64,000 bases of DNA from Plasmodiophora brassicae (Eukaryota): positions 682,001 through 746,000 of the forward strand of contig CP145417.1 of the NCBI GenBank assembly GCA_036867785.1. The letters run 5' to 3'. The position numbers were made by a program, and so were the translations under genes. This document shows positions 37,491 through 50,654 of the stretch, piece after piece. Numbering within the stretch: position 1 is the stretch's first letter; each line of letters begins with the position of its first letter. The notes under the pieces are model-generated. The model was not told where the DNA came from and did no database searches. It saw only the letters and a list, made by a program, of their open reading frames with translations.

Positions 37491-37949
37491 GGTTGGGGTT
37501 CGCCTATTGTGTGTGACACGCACCTGGTCTGGCGCCGGCTGGGCGACCCCCTCTGTGGTGCCACGTCATCACGCCCTGATCTGGTTGTGTTCGTGCTGCG
37601 AAAATGAGGTCGCCTGGCAACCACCCGCCTACCAACAGTAGGTTACGTAACTATACATAGGTACGCTGTAGACTGGGTGGCACAAATAGCTTCAAGGATC
37701 TTTGCTACCTATTCGTTGCTAAAGCATATTATACTCAACACAACCGAATCTGAACGGGCACTGGAGCAACCGGAACCAGTGTCTGGGCGCCAGGCAGGGC
37801 ACAGGTTCACGTACACGTCGATCATGCGTGTACTGTAAGGCGCGCTCCTTCAGAAGAAATGACACGTTTGGTGGCAATGGATGCCCATTCCTTGTTGTAT
37901 TCGGTTTTGGATGACGAGGCCTACTGTTGTTGTAACGCGCGCGCGCGGG

Positions 37950-38372
37950 TTAAGACGACGATGCGGACGACGACTCTAGGAAGCCGGTGCTTTGGACAAT
38001 GTCGGGTAACGGTTGGCCCGTCGCGTTCGGCGCCCGGGGTTCGCCTAGAATCGACGCCGTACCGTTCTGGACAGGGGCGTTCGTCTTCGACACTGGATGC
38101 AACGTCGGTGGTTCAACGGGTCTGCCATCGCCCTCCGGGTTGACCAGGTCCGGAAACTCCCATTCGCACACGAACCCGATCACGATGACAACGATGATCA
38201 GGTTGAACAGGCAATAGAATATGCCAGCGTTGGCCATGGCCACGAAGATAGTAATGATGACCGTCCACCATCCCCAGCCGACTTGCACCATGCTGGTGGG
38301 CTCACCGGGACGCTCCCCCAGTTGACTCATGGTACCATCGGTGTCATCGTCTGGATCGATCAATCCGTGCAT
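37950..38372 (-). CDS. hypothetical membrane protein
   Basis: ORF with two adjacent hydrophobic segments (WWTVIITIFVAMA, IFYCLFNLIIVVIVIGFVC) and a Pro-rich tail; start uncertain. Confidence 0.5.
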   Translation of the reverse strand: MHGLIDPDDDTDGTMSQLGERPGEPTSMVQVGWGWWTVIITIFVAMANAGIFYCLFNLIIVVIVIGFVCEWEFPDLVNPEGDGRPVEPPTLHPVSKTNAPVQNGTASILGEPRAPNATGQPLPDIVQSTGFLESSSASSS

Positions 38373-38404
38373 TTATGTATGCGCTCTAATAGGTAGGCCG
38401 CCCG

Positions 38405-41400
38405 ATGTCGAGCGGCAGCGAGCGCAAGCCGAGCAAGTCGGCCGAGTCGTCGTCGCGACCCACCGACCCGAAGAAATCGGTGTCGGGCAAGGCGCCAGCG
38501 GAGGTGGCTGCGGCCCCCGTCCCCAGGCCCAAGGGCACCTTCTGGGACTCCAATGTCCTCCTCGTGGGCGACCCGCTGTCGCATCTGGGCACGCTGGCCG
38601 GCGTCGCCCAGCTGCCCATCTCGCAGCTGCTGATCCCGCTCCAGAAGCGCTCGACGATCTACGCCCGGCGCCAATGCGCCTATAGCTTCGCGACGTACGC
38701 GTCGCCGGTGTCGCCCATCGAGAACGCCTGGGAGCAGATCATCATGATGGACGACCACGCCGGGTTCCGGGCCATCGTCGCCCTTGTTCGCGATCGGGAC
38801 CCCGTCTGTCAGCGCTTCGGCGCGTTGGCCATGCAATTACTGGCGATGCGCCCCGAGGCGCTGCCGCATCTCGCCAAGGTCAACGCCCTCGAGTACGTCC
38901 TGCCGCGGGCGCTGATCCTCGACGGCGGCAGGAAGGACTGGGACGCCGACGCCCAGCGGTACTGCATCATCGCCAGCGAGAACATGAGCCTCGACGTCGA
39001 CCGGCACCGGTTCGTCATGGGGTTCCTGAACGAGATCGTCCACATGATCGAGCGCCCGCCGCACCCGTCGTACCGCGCGTCGGCGATCGGCATCTGCAGG
39101 AACCTGGCGCTGTCGCCCCGGTTCCGGCCGAACCTGCTCCCCGCGGTTCGCGCCTGCGTCGCCATCCTCAAGACGCAGACGCAGACGATCGAGTGCCGGA
39201 CGAAGGCGGCCGACTTCTTGGCCCTGGTCAGCGACAGCGACGTCGCCAAGGCGTACCTGCTGTCGCGGCGCATCTTCACGATCGTCGTGAACGTCGTCGA
39301 GGCGTGCACGGGCGACCCGGAGGAGTCGCGCATGCTGGGCAACATCGCCCTGATGCTGCAGAACTTCGCCCTGGTCGTCGAGGCGCATCGCGGCATGCTG
39401 GACGACGACACGCTGCTGACGATCATGGTCCTGGGCAGCATGACGCACGTCGCCGACTGCCTGATCGGGATCACGCGCGTCCTGCAGATCCTGTCGTCGT
39501 ACCCGGCGCGCATCACGCTCCTCGTCAACCTCAAGGGCATCGAGATCGTCCTGCAGGCGTTCTTCCTCTGCGACCACATCGAGTGCCGCCTGGCCGCCCT
39601 GGGCTTCGTCGCCAACCTGGTCCACTACCCGCGCTACCACGACCGCCTCGTCCTGAACCGGGCGCCGGAAGCCATCGCCATCGGCCTGCAGAACAGCCAC
39701 CACGACTGCCTGGCACCGTCGATCAAAGCGGCCGCGTACATCACCCGCGAAGTCAGGCACCAGGCGGCGTTCTCGCCCGGCGCCATCATCCCGATCGTGT
39801 TCCGCGTCCTGGTCGACACGAAGCGCGCGTCGCTGGAGACGCGCGATCACGCCCTGGTGACGCTGGCGAACCTGGCCGCCGACCCGGGCAACCACCCAGT
39901 CCTGCTCGGCCAGTTCCGCAAGCACGAGGCGGCGATCCTGACGTTGACGACGACGGCCACGCTGGACGACACGCTCGTGTACCTCGGGAAGTTCCTGTGC
40001 AACCTGCTGACGACGGAGGACAGGGAGATCCGCGCCTTCATCGGGCGCCCCGCCGTCCTGTCGCAGATCGCGAAGCTGTTCGCCACCGTCAACGTCAACG
40101 TTGTCAAGTGCGGCCTGGCCGTCCTGGCCGGCCTGCTGCGCGACGACGACGACGTTCGTGTCGCCGTCACCAGGGCCTGCTACGGCGGCCTGCGGTTCGT
40201 CGCCCGCCTCTGGTGCAGCGAGACGTACCACTACATGGTGGCGATGATCCTGTCGAACCTCACCCGCAGCAGGGCTGTCGTCGAGACGTATCCCTGGCAG
40301 GACTGTGAGTGATCGCCCGGACGCCACCCCCGCCCGAGCTGAACGTCACGTCAGGGTTGGACCTCGCTGAGCACCTCCTGGCGGAGCCATGGGCGAAGGT
40401 GTCCAGGAAGGGCATGGAGTTCCTGCTGAACATCGCCGACCTGAACGCGGTCCAGGAGGCGGCGCTGAAGACGACGCTCATCAACCGCATGTTCACCAGC
40501 GTCGTCAAGCAGGACCACTCGTTCCCGCTGGCGCTGCACGTGCTGGCCAAGTTCTCGGCGGGCATCCTGCCACTGCGCCTGAAGGTCGCCGAGCGCAACT
40601 GCATCGGCGTGTTCGCGCGCCTGCTCCTGTCCCGGTGCAAGCACTGGCGCAAGTACGCGCTGCTGTGCATCGGGAACTTCACGTCGATGGAGGAGACGCC
40701 GCTGCCGCTGACGCGCGTCAACCTCATCAAGCATATGGTCGACCTGGCCGACGACAAGGACGCCGACCTGGAGGAGACCCGGTTCTGCACGTACGCCCTG
40801 GCGAACATGTCGTACCACGAGTGCAACCGGCAGGACCTGCTGAACTCGGCGTCGTTCCTGTTCCGCAAGCTGGCCGTCGTCATCGAGTCGGGCGACCTGA
40901 TGATCCTGCGCGGCCTGGCACAGTTCCTGCTGAACATGTGCTTCCACCTGCGCCACACGCACATGTTCGGGTCGAACCTGGTCGTCCAGACGATCCTGCG
41001 CATCGCCCGGTTCCTGGACACGACCACGAAGGTGTTCGCGATCCAGGCCCTGCACTGCCTGGCCGAGGTGCCGCGCAACGGCCGCGCCTTCATCGAGGGC
41101 GGCGTCGTCCAGTTCCTCAAGGACGAGGGCCTCGACTACAAGCGACGGGACGCGTCCGCCACGCGCCAGCTCTGCCAGTTCATGTCGTACGCCTGCCTGA
41201 TCGACGACGTCGCGTCGGCCTGCTCCCAGCAGGACCTCGTCCCGACGCTGCTGTACCTGACCACCCACCCGGAGGAATCCGTTCAGCTCGACGTCCTCAA
41301 GGTGATGGTGTCGATGGCGAAGAACCCGGCGGCGCAGGCGGGCCTCGTGTCGCATGCCATGGTCGACCTGGTGACCCTGCTCGAGTGCGACCACCCCGAC

Positions 41401-44400
41401 AAGCGGTTGATGGCGGCGCTGGCCATCGGCCACGTCATCTGCCGGCTGGACGCGCAGCGCCTGATCGCCCAGGCGTGTCGCGATTCGATCTACAAGGACC
41501 TGCTCTGCAGCCCGTTCCCGGAAGTGTCGCTCGTGGCCGTCTGGATCATGGCGCACCTGATCCATGAGCGCGACGACCACAACGACGGCGCCGCGGGCAA
41601 CGATTTCGCGTTCGACGACCCCGAGCTGGTCGCGTCGCGCGCCGCCAGCGTCCTGACGAACGAGGAGCGGGAGCGCAATCGTGTCCTGGCCGTCAACGTC
41701 ATGGGCCAGCTGGCCGACCTGGCGCTGAACTCGGAGGCGACGCCGGCGCTGGCCAAGTACGCGACGCTGGCCGTCGTGCGGTTCAGTTCGGCGCCGCACC
41801 TGCACAACGTCCTGAAGGCGTCCTGCGCCAAGGTCGTCGAGCAGATGTTCGAGATTGCGTCGTCGGAGGACGCGGAGATGCGCCCAGTCATGGTGACGAT
41901 GCTGGCCAACCTCAGCACGAACAGGGAGAACCATGCGTTCCTGGAGAAGCACGTCGACGTGTCGCGCCTGGACCTGATGGTGGGCGGCGACGACCTGGAA
42001 ACGCAGACGGTGGCGATCTCGGCCGTGTCGGGCCTGGCGATGACGCCCGGGAACGCGCAGCAGATGGTGGACGGAGCGCGGATCCTGCCCATCATGTCGA
42101 CGATGTGCAAGAGCGACGACAAGATGCAGTTGCAGTCGATCGCGGCCGTGTTCGTTAACCTGAGCGAGCACCCCGGGTGCCGGGTCGGCATGCTGGACCA
42201 GCAGGTCATCCAGGGCATCATCTCGCTGCTGCAGTCGAACGAAACCAAAACGCAGTACAACGCGTGCCGCGCGTTGTCCAACCTGCTGAACGTCCCTGAC
42301 GCGATCATCCAGCTCCGCGACATGGACCACACGCTCGTCAGCAACACGCTCTGGGGCGTCGTCCCGTCCAAGTCCCCGTCCGTGGTCGGTGTCGCGCTCC
42401 GCGTGCTCTGTTTCCTCGGCGGGCGCGACGACTTTTACTTCCTGATGAACAACGACGACGGCATCGCCTGCCTGGTTGGCGTCGCGCGGAACACGGCCAG
42501 GCGCGATCACGACCGCGACGACTGCGAGTACCACTCCGCCGTCGTGCTTCGCGCCTGCTGCGAAATGCCGCGCCTGCTGCCCATGCTGGTTCGCAAGGGC
42601 ATCGTCGACACCTTGCTCGGCTTCTGCCGCGCCGCACCGCGGACCAGCCCCGTCCACCTGCTCGGGGTCACCGGCCTCGAAGATGTCGCCCGCTTCCCTG
42701 ACGGTACGATTCGTCTGTCTGTCCGTGGGGAACGAGGGGGCGGCTGAAAAGGTTTGGCCCAAAGCTCGGCCCGCATCACGGCCCGCACTTTCGCGCAGCT
42801 ACCGTCGCACGTCTCACATTCCGATTGTGCGTGACTGCGCCCTGCGTCGGGCTTTGGGCCGGCTTTTTGTTGCAGTCCCCCACCCGATTCCCCCATCGTC
42901 GTTGCGACGCTAACGATTGCGTTCCACAGGGAAGAAGAGCTGCCTGGAAGCGGGGGATTACTTTCGGGATACGCTGATCGCCCTGATCGACGAGGGCAAC
43001 GTGGCGCTGCTGCGACATGTCCTGGCGATCGTGCTGCGCATGTCGGACACGCCGGAATGGAACGTCGCGTTCGGCGTGGACGGATGGTCCCGCGTCCTGG
43101 CGTGCTTCGTGCACGACGACGATAGCATCGTGCGCCTGGCCGTCCGCGTGATCGCTTCGTACTCACGGCACGTGTCCTGTTTCGAGTTCCTGACGCACCC
43201 GGACAGTGTCGCCGTGATCCGGTCGCTGCTGGTCGGACGCGTTCCCGCCCTGGATCGCACGTCGCTCAGCCTGGTCGGCACGATCGCCAACTTGTCGCGG
43301 CACAGTGCGACGAACGCTTCCGTCCACATCGACCTGCGACGGCTCGGCCTTGCCGACATCATGGAACACGTACTCTGGGACCTGGACCTGGACGCGTCCG
43401 ACGCGCTGCGTTGCGCGATGATGGCCGAGGCGCTGATCGCGTTAACGCACTTGGAGGAGGACGGCTCTAGGGCGATCCTGTTTTCGCATCCCGACGCCCT
43501 GGACCGCCTCACCCAGCTTGCAACGACCAGTTCTGACATTCGTCTGCTCCTCTGCAAGGCGCTGGACGTGCTGAGTCAGTCACAAGGGAATTTCCCATTC
43601 TTAACACCCGATACGTCATCGGCAGCGGCGTCGCTGGCGCCGCTGTTCGGGATGGCCGACGTCACCGACCTGCCGTTCCAGTGGTCCTGCCTGAAGACGA
43701 TCCACAACATCGTCAGCGCCGGGCTAGACGCTGACCTAATGCGTTCGTCGTCGCTTAGCGACGCCCAAATCGGCCAGCTGATTGGCATCGTGCGATGGCA
43801 ATGCCCCGAGTCCCGTTCGGCGCGCACGTTACGCGACGCGATCCAGTGCAGGCACGGCGCCATGGCCATCATCCGACAGTTGTCCTGCTCCATGTCGCTC
43901 GTCGAGGCCCCGGTCGCCATGTTTCGGATGCTGCTGGACGTGGTCGCCGACGACGACCCGTACGCGTTCTTCCCGATCCTGGCCAGAGGGCACCCGGCGC
44001 CGGCTGACGTGTGGCCCGTCGATCCCGACTGGTCGCACTGGGTCAACCTGGTCGCCCACGGCGTCAACACCGACAGTCTGAAGAACCCATGGAACGACGT
44101 GCCCGCGCCTGTCGACCCGCCCGACCTGCCCGAACAATGCCGATTGCATTTCGACCCGCAGCTGCGCCTCGACGCGATCAACGCCCTGGCGAACCTGTCG
44201 CTGTCGTCCAGGACGCATCGAACGCTGCTGGACGCCGGCGCCATCGTCATCCTGCAATCGTTCATCCACGCCACCAGTCACCTGCCGAACTGCCAGCGAC
44301 TGGTAACAGGGGTCCTTCATCAGGTGGGCGTCTCGCGGGAAGGGCGCCGTTGGGCCACGTCCTCTGCGAGACGCCCTCGTTGTGCAGGTTAAGCTCATTT

Positions 44401-46498
44401 GCGAACGTCGTAGGGGACGCAGTGCCTCGCGAACGTGGTCCAGTCGATGACGGACGAGATGATCGAGGCGCACGAGTTCGACTTCGCCGGCCTGGGTGAC
44501 GCGCTGACGCTTCTGCAGAGCCAGGAGCGCCGGTGCAAGAAGGGGACGCCGGCGTTCGTCCTGCGCCGGGACACGACCCGCACGCTGCTGCTGGCCATGG
44601 CGCGCCTGTCGTCGCATCGCACGTTCCGCCTCGACGAACGCGACCGGGAGTTCGTGTCCGCCGGCGCCCTGATCCCTTTGCTGAAGAACGAGGACCAGGC
44701 GACCGTTCATTTCGCGTTCCTGACCCTGGTCAACGCGATCGTCAAGTCGAGCGCGTTGCACGTCGACATGCACAGGGAGCGGTACGTCGAACACCTGATG
44801 CGGTTCCTTCGCGACCGCGACCCGGTCGTCCAGTGGCTGTCGCTGTTCGCCATCGCCGAGCTGTTCGACCAGTCGTCGATCGGCGCCGACCAGATCATCG
44901 AGCACTCGCTGCTGACCGTCGTCATCTCGTTGGCGTTCAGCGACCACCTCCAGACGCGGCGCTGTGTGGCCCGCATCCTCCGGGGCCTGATCGCCCAGTG
45001 TGGCACCGCCGCCATCCGGCACCTGATCTCGAGCATGCTGGGGCCGATCGGGCACCTGTCCGCCTGCGAGGACCTGGAGACGGCGCTGAACGGGGCCCGG
45101 GCGCTCGCGCTGCTCCTGCAGCGGAACGAGACGCTGAACACGATGATGGTCGGCGACGAGGACGGGTTCGGCAAGATCCTGGCCATGCTGGACCACCCGT
45201 GCCCGGAGCTGAGGCACGAGGCGGTCCAGTGCACGGCGATGGTGGCCGAGGCGGTCCGGTTCGCGCCGGTCGTCATGGAGCGGGGCGCCGTCGCCAAGAT
45301 CTGCGCCCTGGTGGACACGCTGGCCGACAACGTCAACTACGAGGGCGCCGCCCTCCTGTTCAGGAACCTGTGCGACCTGCCCAAGTTGACGCGGGAACTG
45401 TCCCGCATGGGCGCCATCGAATCGCTCCTGCGCTGTTCGGCGCCATCGCGACCCGCCTGCCAGCGGCTCGTCCTGCAGGCGATCAACAACTTCCTGACGC
45501 ACGCGGAGCGGTATCTGCTCGACGGCAAGTGGCCGGCGATCGTCGCCCGCATCGTCCAGCCGCTCCTGCAGGGGGCGGCAACGGCCGACGACATCGTCGA
45601 GCAGACGCTGAAGACGCTGGTGCGCCTGTGCAACACCAAGGACGACTGTGTGGCGTACACGGCGAGCGCCGGGGCGGTCCCGTTCCTGATCGACGTCGAG
45701 CACAGGTACCATGCGGCGCCCGGGACCGTCAGCGATGCGGCCGGGAGATCCGCCCGACGCCTGCTCCTGTTCATGGCCGAACAGGGTGGGAGCGCTTCCG
45801 CCGACGTTGCCCACGGGATGACCTTCCCGTTGCAGAACCGTCGCAGGTCGAGTTCTGCCGAGGCGGCGGCCTCAGCCTGATCCTGCGCCTGCTGTCGAGC
45901 GACGTGGCGCTGATGCGCAAGAAGGCGTCGAACGCGTGCGCCAGCCTCAGCCTGAACGGTGCGTTCGCAGGCGGTGGATACGCGCGCGCGCGCGCGCCAG
46001 GGGCACCCGCTGACGACAGGTCTGCCGCGCAGGGGCCGTCCAGGACGCGCTGATCGACGCCGGGTGCTTCCACCAGCTGACCGCCGTGCGCACCGACCCG
46101 TGCTTCCCGGTGCGTCGCAAAGGCATGGAGGCCTTCCTGAACATGCTGCAGCACGGTTGGCGAACGAGATGGGCGCGCCCGCGACGTTGATGCTGAGTGC
46201 GGGCGCGCGCGCGTCTGTGCACAGGTGCGGTGCTGGAGCGCGCCGTCGACGACGACGAGATCGTGCACAGCGTGTTCCTCATGTCGAAAGGCGGCATCTC
46301 GAAGGAGTCCAAGGACCGCGCCGCCGTCGTCTACGCGCAGCTGTTGCAGATGCGTTCGTGTTGCCCACGACCATGAGCGCACCACCATCCGGGTCTCTGA
46401 CGAGGGGACGTGCCCGCACAGGGGACCGGGCGCGCCAGCATCGCAAGTCAGCGCCCAAGCGATTGCCGACGGAGCCGACGGGCGAATCAGTACACTAG
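38405..46498 (+). CDS. very large armadillo/HEAT-repeat protein (roughly 2400 aa), multi-exon
   Basis: Four long plus-strand ORFs and short 3' exons joined by GT-AG introns; repeated ARM signatures (ALANLA, ALANMS, MLANLS, ACRALSNL, ALANLSL). Confidence 0.85.
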
Positions 46499-46537
46499 CA
46501 GAGAGCGTCGATGTGTGTGTGTGCGCGCGCGCGCGTG

Positions 46538-49004
46538 TCATGACACTTTATCGCCGGTGGACCAGCTGCGCGCCAGGCGCAGCGCCTCGCGACGTTTGCG
46601 CTCCATCTCGCCCAGCAGCGCCCGCATCTCCGTCTCGGTCCTAGACGCGCGCGCCGCCGCCTTCTCGGCCAGCGCCTGCTGCCGGGCCGCCTCCTGCCGT
46701 GCCAGCGCCAGCGCCGCCCTCGTATCGGCCAGCGCCGCCTACACACACACACACACACCGCATCACTGCATTGCACATTGCAGGAACGCCCCGCCGGGGG
46801 TCGCAACTGACCTCCTGCGCCTGGGCCTGTGCGCGAGCGCCCGCCAGCTCCGCGTTCCTCTGCGCGTTCTGCTCGTCGAACTCGCCGACCTTCATCGCGT
46901 ACGCCTTGCGGACGTCGTCCAGCTCCTGCTCGACGTACCGCACGATGCGATCCCGCTCGGCCAGGTCGTCCTGGACGCGTTTCGCGTCGCGCTCGCTGGC
47001 GGCCACCTCCTCTGCCCGAGCCTGCTCCACGTCCTGCAACGTCGCCTGGCAGTCGTCCAGCGCGCGTTCCGCTTCGTGGCACCGGTCGGCGTAATCGCGT
47101 ACGCGGGACGACAGCTGGTCCTGCAGTGCCGCCCACTCCCGCTTCTCCTTCTCAAGCGCCGCCAGCGCCGCCTTCAGCTGCTGGACGTGCGCCGCCTGGT
47201 CCTCGGCGACCTTCGCCCGCACCTTGTCCTGGTCGGACGCCCGGCGCCTCTCCGCCTCCACCTCCCTGAAGCTGTCCTCCACCGACGCCATCCGCTCCGA
47301 GAACGCCACCAGCTGCGCCCGCTGCTCCTCGACGATCGCGTTCGCCGCCGCCAGCTCCTTCTCCAGCCTGCTGGCGTCGCGCTGCGTCCGGTCCCGTTCC
47401 GCCTGCGCGTCTCGCGCCTCGCTCTGCAGGTGGCCCACCGCCTCGCTCAGCTCCGCCTGTCGCGCCAGCGCCTCGTCCAGCTGGCGGCACGCGCGCCGCT
47501 GCTTCTGCAGCGCGTCTCGGGCGATCTCCTTCAGCGCGGCGCGATCCCTGGCCAGCCTCCTGCAATGCGTCTCGACGTCCGTGCACCTCGCCGCCATCGC
47601 CGTCGCCGTCCTGCCCTGCTCCGCGTCGTTCTCGGCCGCCCTGGCCCGGATCGTCTCGATCGTCTTCGCCGACAGGTCGTTCGCCGATCGCAACCGGTCG
47701 ACTTCGCCCGACAGCGCCTGGACCTGGGCGACCAGGTCACCCTTCGCGGCAGCGTCGTCCCGGACGCGCTTCTCCAGGTCCTCGACCTGCACGATCGCCG
47801 CCGCCTTCGCGGCCGTCGCCTGATCGACGAGCGACGTCAAGCGCGACTGCTCGGCGTGGAGCGCTTCGACGTCGCGGCCGGCGCGCTCGACCTGGCCCGC
47901 CAGCGCGTCCCGCTCCGATTCCAGGTGCGACACGCGACGCGTCAGGTCGCCCTGCTCGCGCCGGGCCTCGTCGACGGCGCGCTGCAACGCCAGGCAGTGC
48001 TCCTCGGTCTGCCTCAGCACGGTGTCGTGCGCGTTGGCCTGCTCGTGCACGAACGCGCGCGCCGCCTCCACCTGCGCCTGCAGCGCCCGGATGCGGTCGC
48101 CGACCTCCCGGTCCGGATCCGTCATCGTCGACGCATTCACGAGCACGGGCCCCTCCTCCACCTCCGTCCACGTCGACGCCGTCGCCGTCGTCGTCGTCGT
48201 CTCGCCGACCTGCGCGTCCGCGTCGCGATGCTCGACCGCGGCGGGCGGCGCCGCCGTCGCCAGGACGCGCTCCAGCTTGGACTCGATGGATTCCAGGCGC
48301 GCCTCCTGCAGCGCCTGGTCGAGGATCGCCAGGGCGGCACCCGGCGACGGCCGCGCCTGCTGCTGCTGTTTCCTGGACCGGAACGTGTTCAGGACGGTGT
48401 CGATGCGGGGCGTGGGCACGATCGCGGACGGGACCGCCCCGTCCAGCGTCGACAGCCATGGGAGGACGGCGCCCACCCTGGACGCGTACCCGGCCTGCTT
48501 GCAGACGGCGTTGCCGGTCGCGTCGCTCGCCAGCGTTAAGGCGCGTAGGGCGCGGCACCCGACGAGCAGGTCGATCTGGTCGAGCGACTCGATGGCGTTG
48601 TCGCGCAGGTCGAGCGTGTGCAGGCGGGGCGCCCCGGGTTGGAACGCGCCGGGCGCCAGGCCGACGACGCTGACGATCGGGTTGTACGACAGCAGCAGGA
48701 CGGTGAGGCGGTGCAGCCCGTCGAGGCCGGCGACCACCCGGATCCGGTTCGACGACAGGTTCAGGTACTCGAGGCTGGCCAGCGCCTGCAGGCCATCGAT
48801 CCGCTCGATCCGGTTCGACGACAGGTTCAGCTGGCGCAGCGAGGTCGCGAACGCGTCGAGGCCGTCGATCCGGTCGATCTCGTTGCAGTGCAGGTTGATG
48901 GAGCGGATCGCGCCCCGGTGGTCGTCGTCGTCGTCGTCGTCGCCCGCCAGCGCGTGTGGGATCGAGCGGATGCCCGCGCCCATGCGATGGAACACGGCCG
49001 GCAT
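46538..49004 (-). CDS. LRRCC1/VFL1-like centriolar LRR plus coiled-coil protein, 2 exons
   Basis: SDS22-type LRRs starting INLHCNEIDRIDGL and LNLSSNRIERIDGL, LRRcap NAVC...LSTLDG, a long coiled coil, and terminal VETEMRALL. Start 49004 or 48983. Confidence 0.82.
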
Positions 49005-49111
49005 TCGACGGCGGGTATGACGGGCTGCTCCTCCATGAAGGAAGGAAGGACGATGATGCAACGGCCTCCTCCGGCGACCTCCGACCCCGGCCATTCGTAC
49101 CGGCGGCCGAG

Positions 49112-49852
49112 ATGCGCCCGACGCGACTCGGGCGACGATGGTACAGGAGGCAGGTCGTGCCGAACGCGTCGTACGCGTACCAGAGGACGGACGGGATCCA
49201 CCCGATCCGGGAGGACATCGTGCACGACGCGCTGGAGGACCACGAGGCGATGCGGCAGATCTACGACGAGGTGTGTAGGAGCGCGGCGCCCCAGGCCGGC
49301 GGCAAATGGTTCAACCAGTTCGTCTGGACGTACTGTCGGCATTCGTACGCGGAGAACGTCGTCCTGTACACGTTGCTGGGGACGATGGGCGACCGGGGCA
49401 GGGCGCTGGCCGACCAGGGCCACGCCGAACACGTCAGGCTGATGTACGACCTGCAGCGCGTGGTCAGCGACCGCGACATGAAGCGGTTCGACGCCTTCTA
49501 CAGCACGCTGCGGGACCATATGGAGTTCGAGGAGGGGCCGAACGGGGTCCTGCACCACCTGCAGCAGAACTTCGCGTCGAGGGACCAGTGGCGGTTGGCG
49601 TCGCTGGAGTACGCCATGGCGAAAGCGCATGCACCAACGCGACCGCATGCACCGCTGACTGCCAACCCGGGCGTGGTGGAACGCGCGCGAGCGCTGCTGC
49701 TGCAGGGCCCGATCGATAAGCTGAAGGACTGTTTCACCGAGTTCCCGGCCCTGCACGAGCTCCAGGTCCAGGAGCCATTGCTGAAGCCGATCCTCGCGAA
49801 AGACGACAACGCAGGAGCCGGTCGGAAGGTGCCGGCGTCGGGACCACAATGA
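49112..49852 (+). CDS. hemerythrin-like (HHE) domain protein
   Basis: EDH...NQFVW..RHSYAE...AEH...DHMEFEE...APTRPH...PIDKLKD.F..FP, the pattern of fungal-type HHE proteins. Confidence 0.85.
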   Translation: MRPTRLGRRWYRRQVVPNASYAYQRTDGIHPIREDIVHDALEDHEAMRQIYDEVCRSAAPQAGGKWFNQFVWTYCRHSYAENVVLYTLLGTMGDRGRALADQGHAEHVRLMYDLQRVVSDRDMKRFDAFYSTLRDHMEFEEGPNGVLHHLQQNFASRDQWRLASLEYAMAKAHAPTRPHAPLTANPGVVERARALLLQGPIDKLKDCFTEFPALHELQVQEPLLKPILAKDDNAGAGRKVPASGPQ

Positions 49853-49897
49853 CATTAGTGTATAACAGCATAGGCCTGGTTTGTCAGTGGGAACCGG

Positions 49898-50654
49898 TCA
49901 GTTGTGTTCCAAGTCCTCGGGATAAATAGGATGGTCCATCGGAACGATGGATCGTTTGTCGACGTCGCGCGGCAATGCCTTCCGCATGTCGAAGGCGTCC
50001 TCCTCGCCCGAGTAGTAGTTGATGACGCGCCGGTAAATCACGTACCCGAACTTCTGGTACATGTTGATGGCGACCTGGTTCGACACGCGAACGAACAGGT
50101 CGACAAAATACGCGTCTTGCCTGACAAGGCTCTCCCCGTTCAGCAACCGCCGGAGTGATGCTGACCAACTGACGTCACCTTTCGGACGCCTGCTCCAGGA
50201 ACGTCATCAAGGTCTGCGCCAGACCTAGTCGACGATATTCAGGAGCCACAGTCAGCGCCGTCACGTGGCCGTGCCAGTTTTCTCCTTCGCCTTCTGCTTT
50301 ACCAATGACTGCATAGTCAACCGTAAGCGGAATGGACGGCCAATGCAGGTGCGGCGGGTGGACGTACTGTATCCCATCGGCCTGCCATCAGGCGCCACCG
50401 CAGTTAGGCAAAGGTCTGGCCATCGAGCCAGATACTCCTGGTAGAATCGAACATTGTACTGAGCAACGCCCCGTTGTTAGCAATCGACCTGCCATGCTAC
50501 TACTGCAGATGATGGTCCACCGTTTCACTAGACAGATGAGTTAGCGCCCGGCACCCGTAGTCAGACCGCGATCCCCAGCCTACGTCAACGAATCCGCGTT
50601 AACACGATTGAACGCGAACAGGTCGTTCGCTTCGAATCGGCGCAACGTCGTCAT
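49898..50654 (-). CDS. NAA20: NatB catalytic subunit NAA20 (NAT3), 5 exons
   Basis: MTTLRRF..DLFAFN.VN.DSLT|ET|YN..FY.EYLARWP, GKAEG..WHGHVTALTVAPEYRRLG, FVDLFVRVSN and EDAFDMRKAL. Confidence 0.96.
50521..50527 (-). other. 7-nt microexon (TGAAACG) of NAA20
   Basis: Flanked by GT-AG introns 50583-50528 and 50520-50459, each with a CTAAC branch site; supplies the conserved LTETY. Confidence 0.9.

Noticed and set aside
45980-46760. (GC)n, (GT)n and (AC)n runs as functional Z-DNA
   Set aside because: Short microsatellites in introns or UTRs, expected at this GC content.
38837-48539. Long antisense and alternative-frame ORFs (for example 40351-42762 minus, 46410-48539 plus)
   Set aside because: Shadow ORFs caused by high GC3 in the real genes; similar shadows occur over SAXO and calcineurin.
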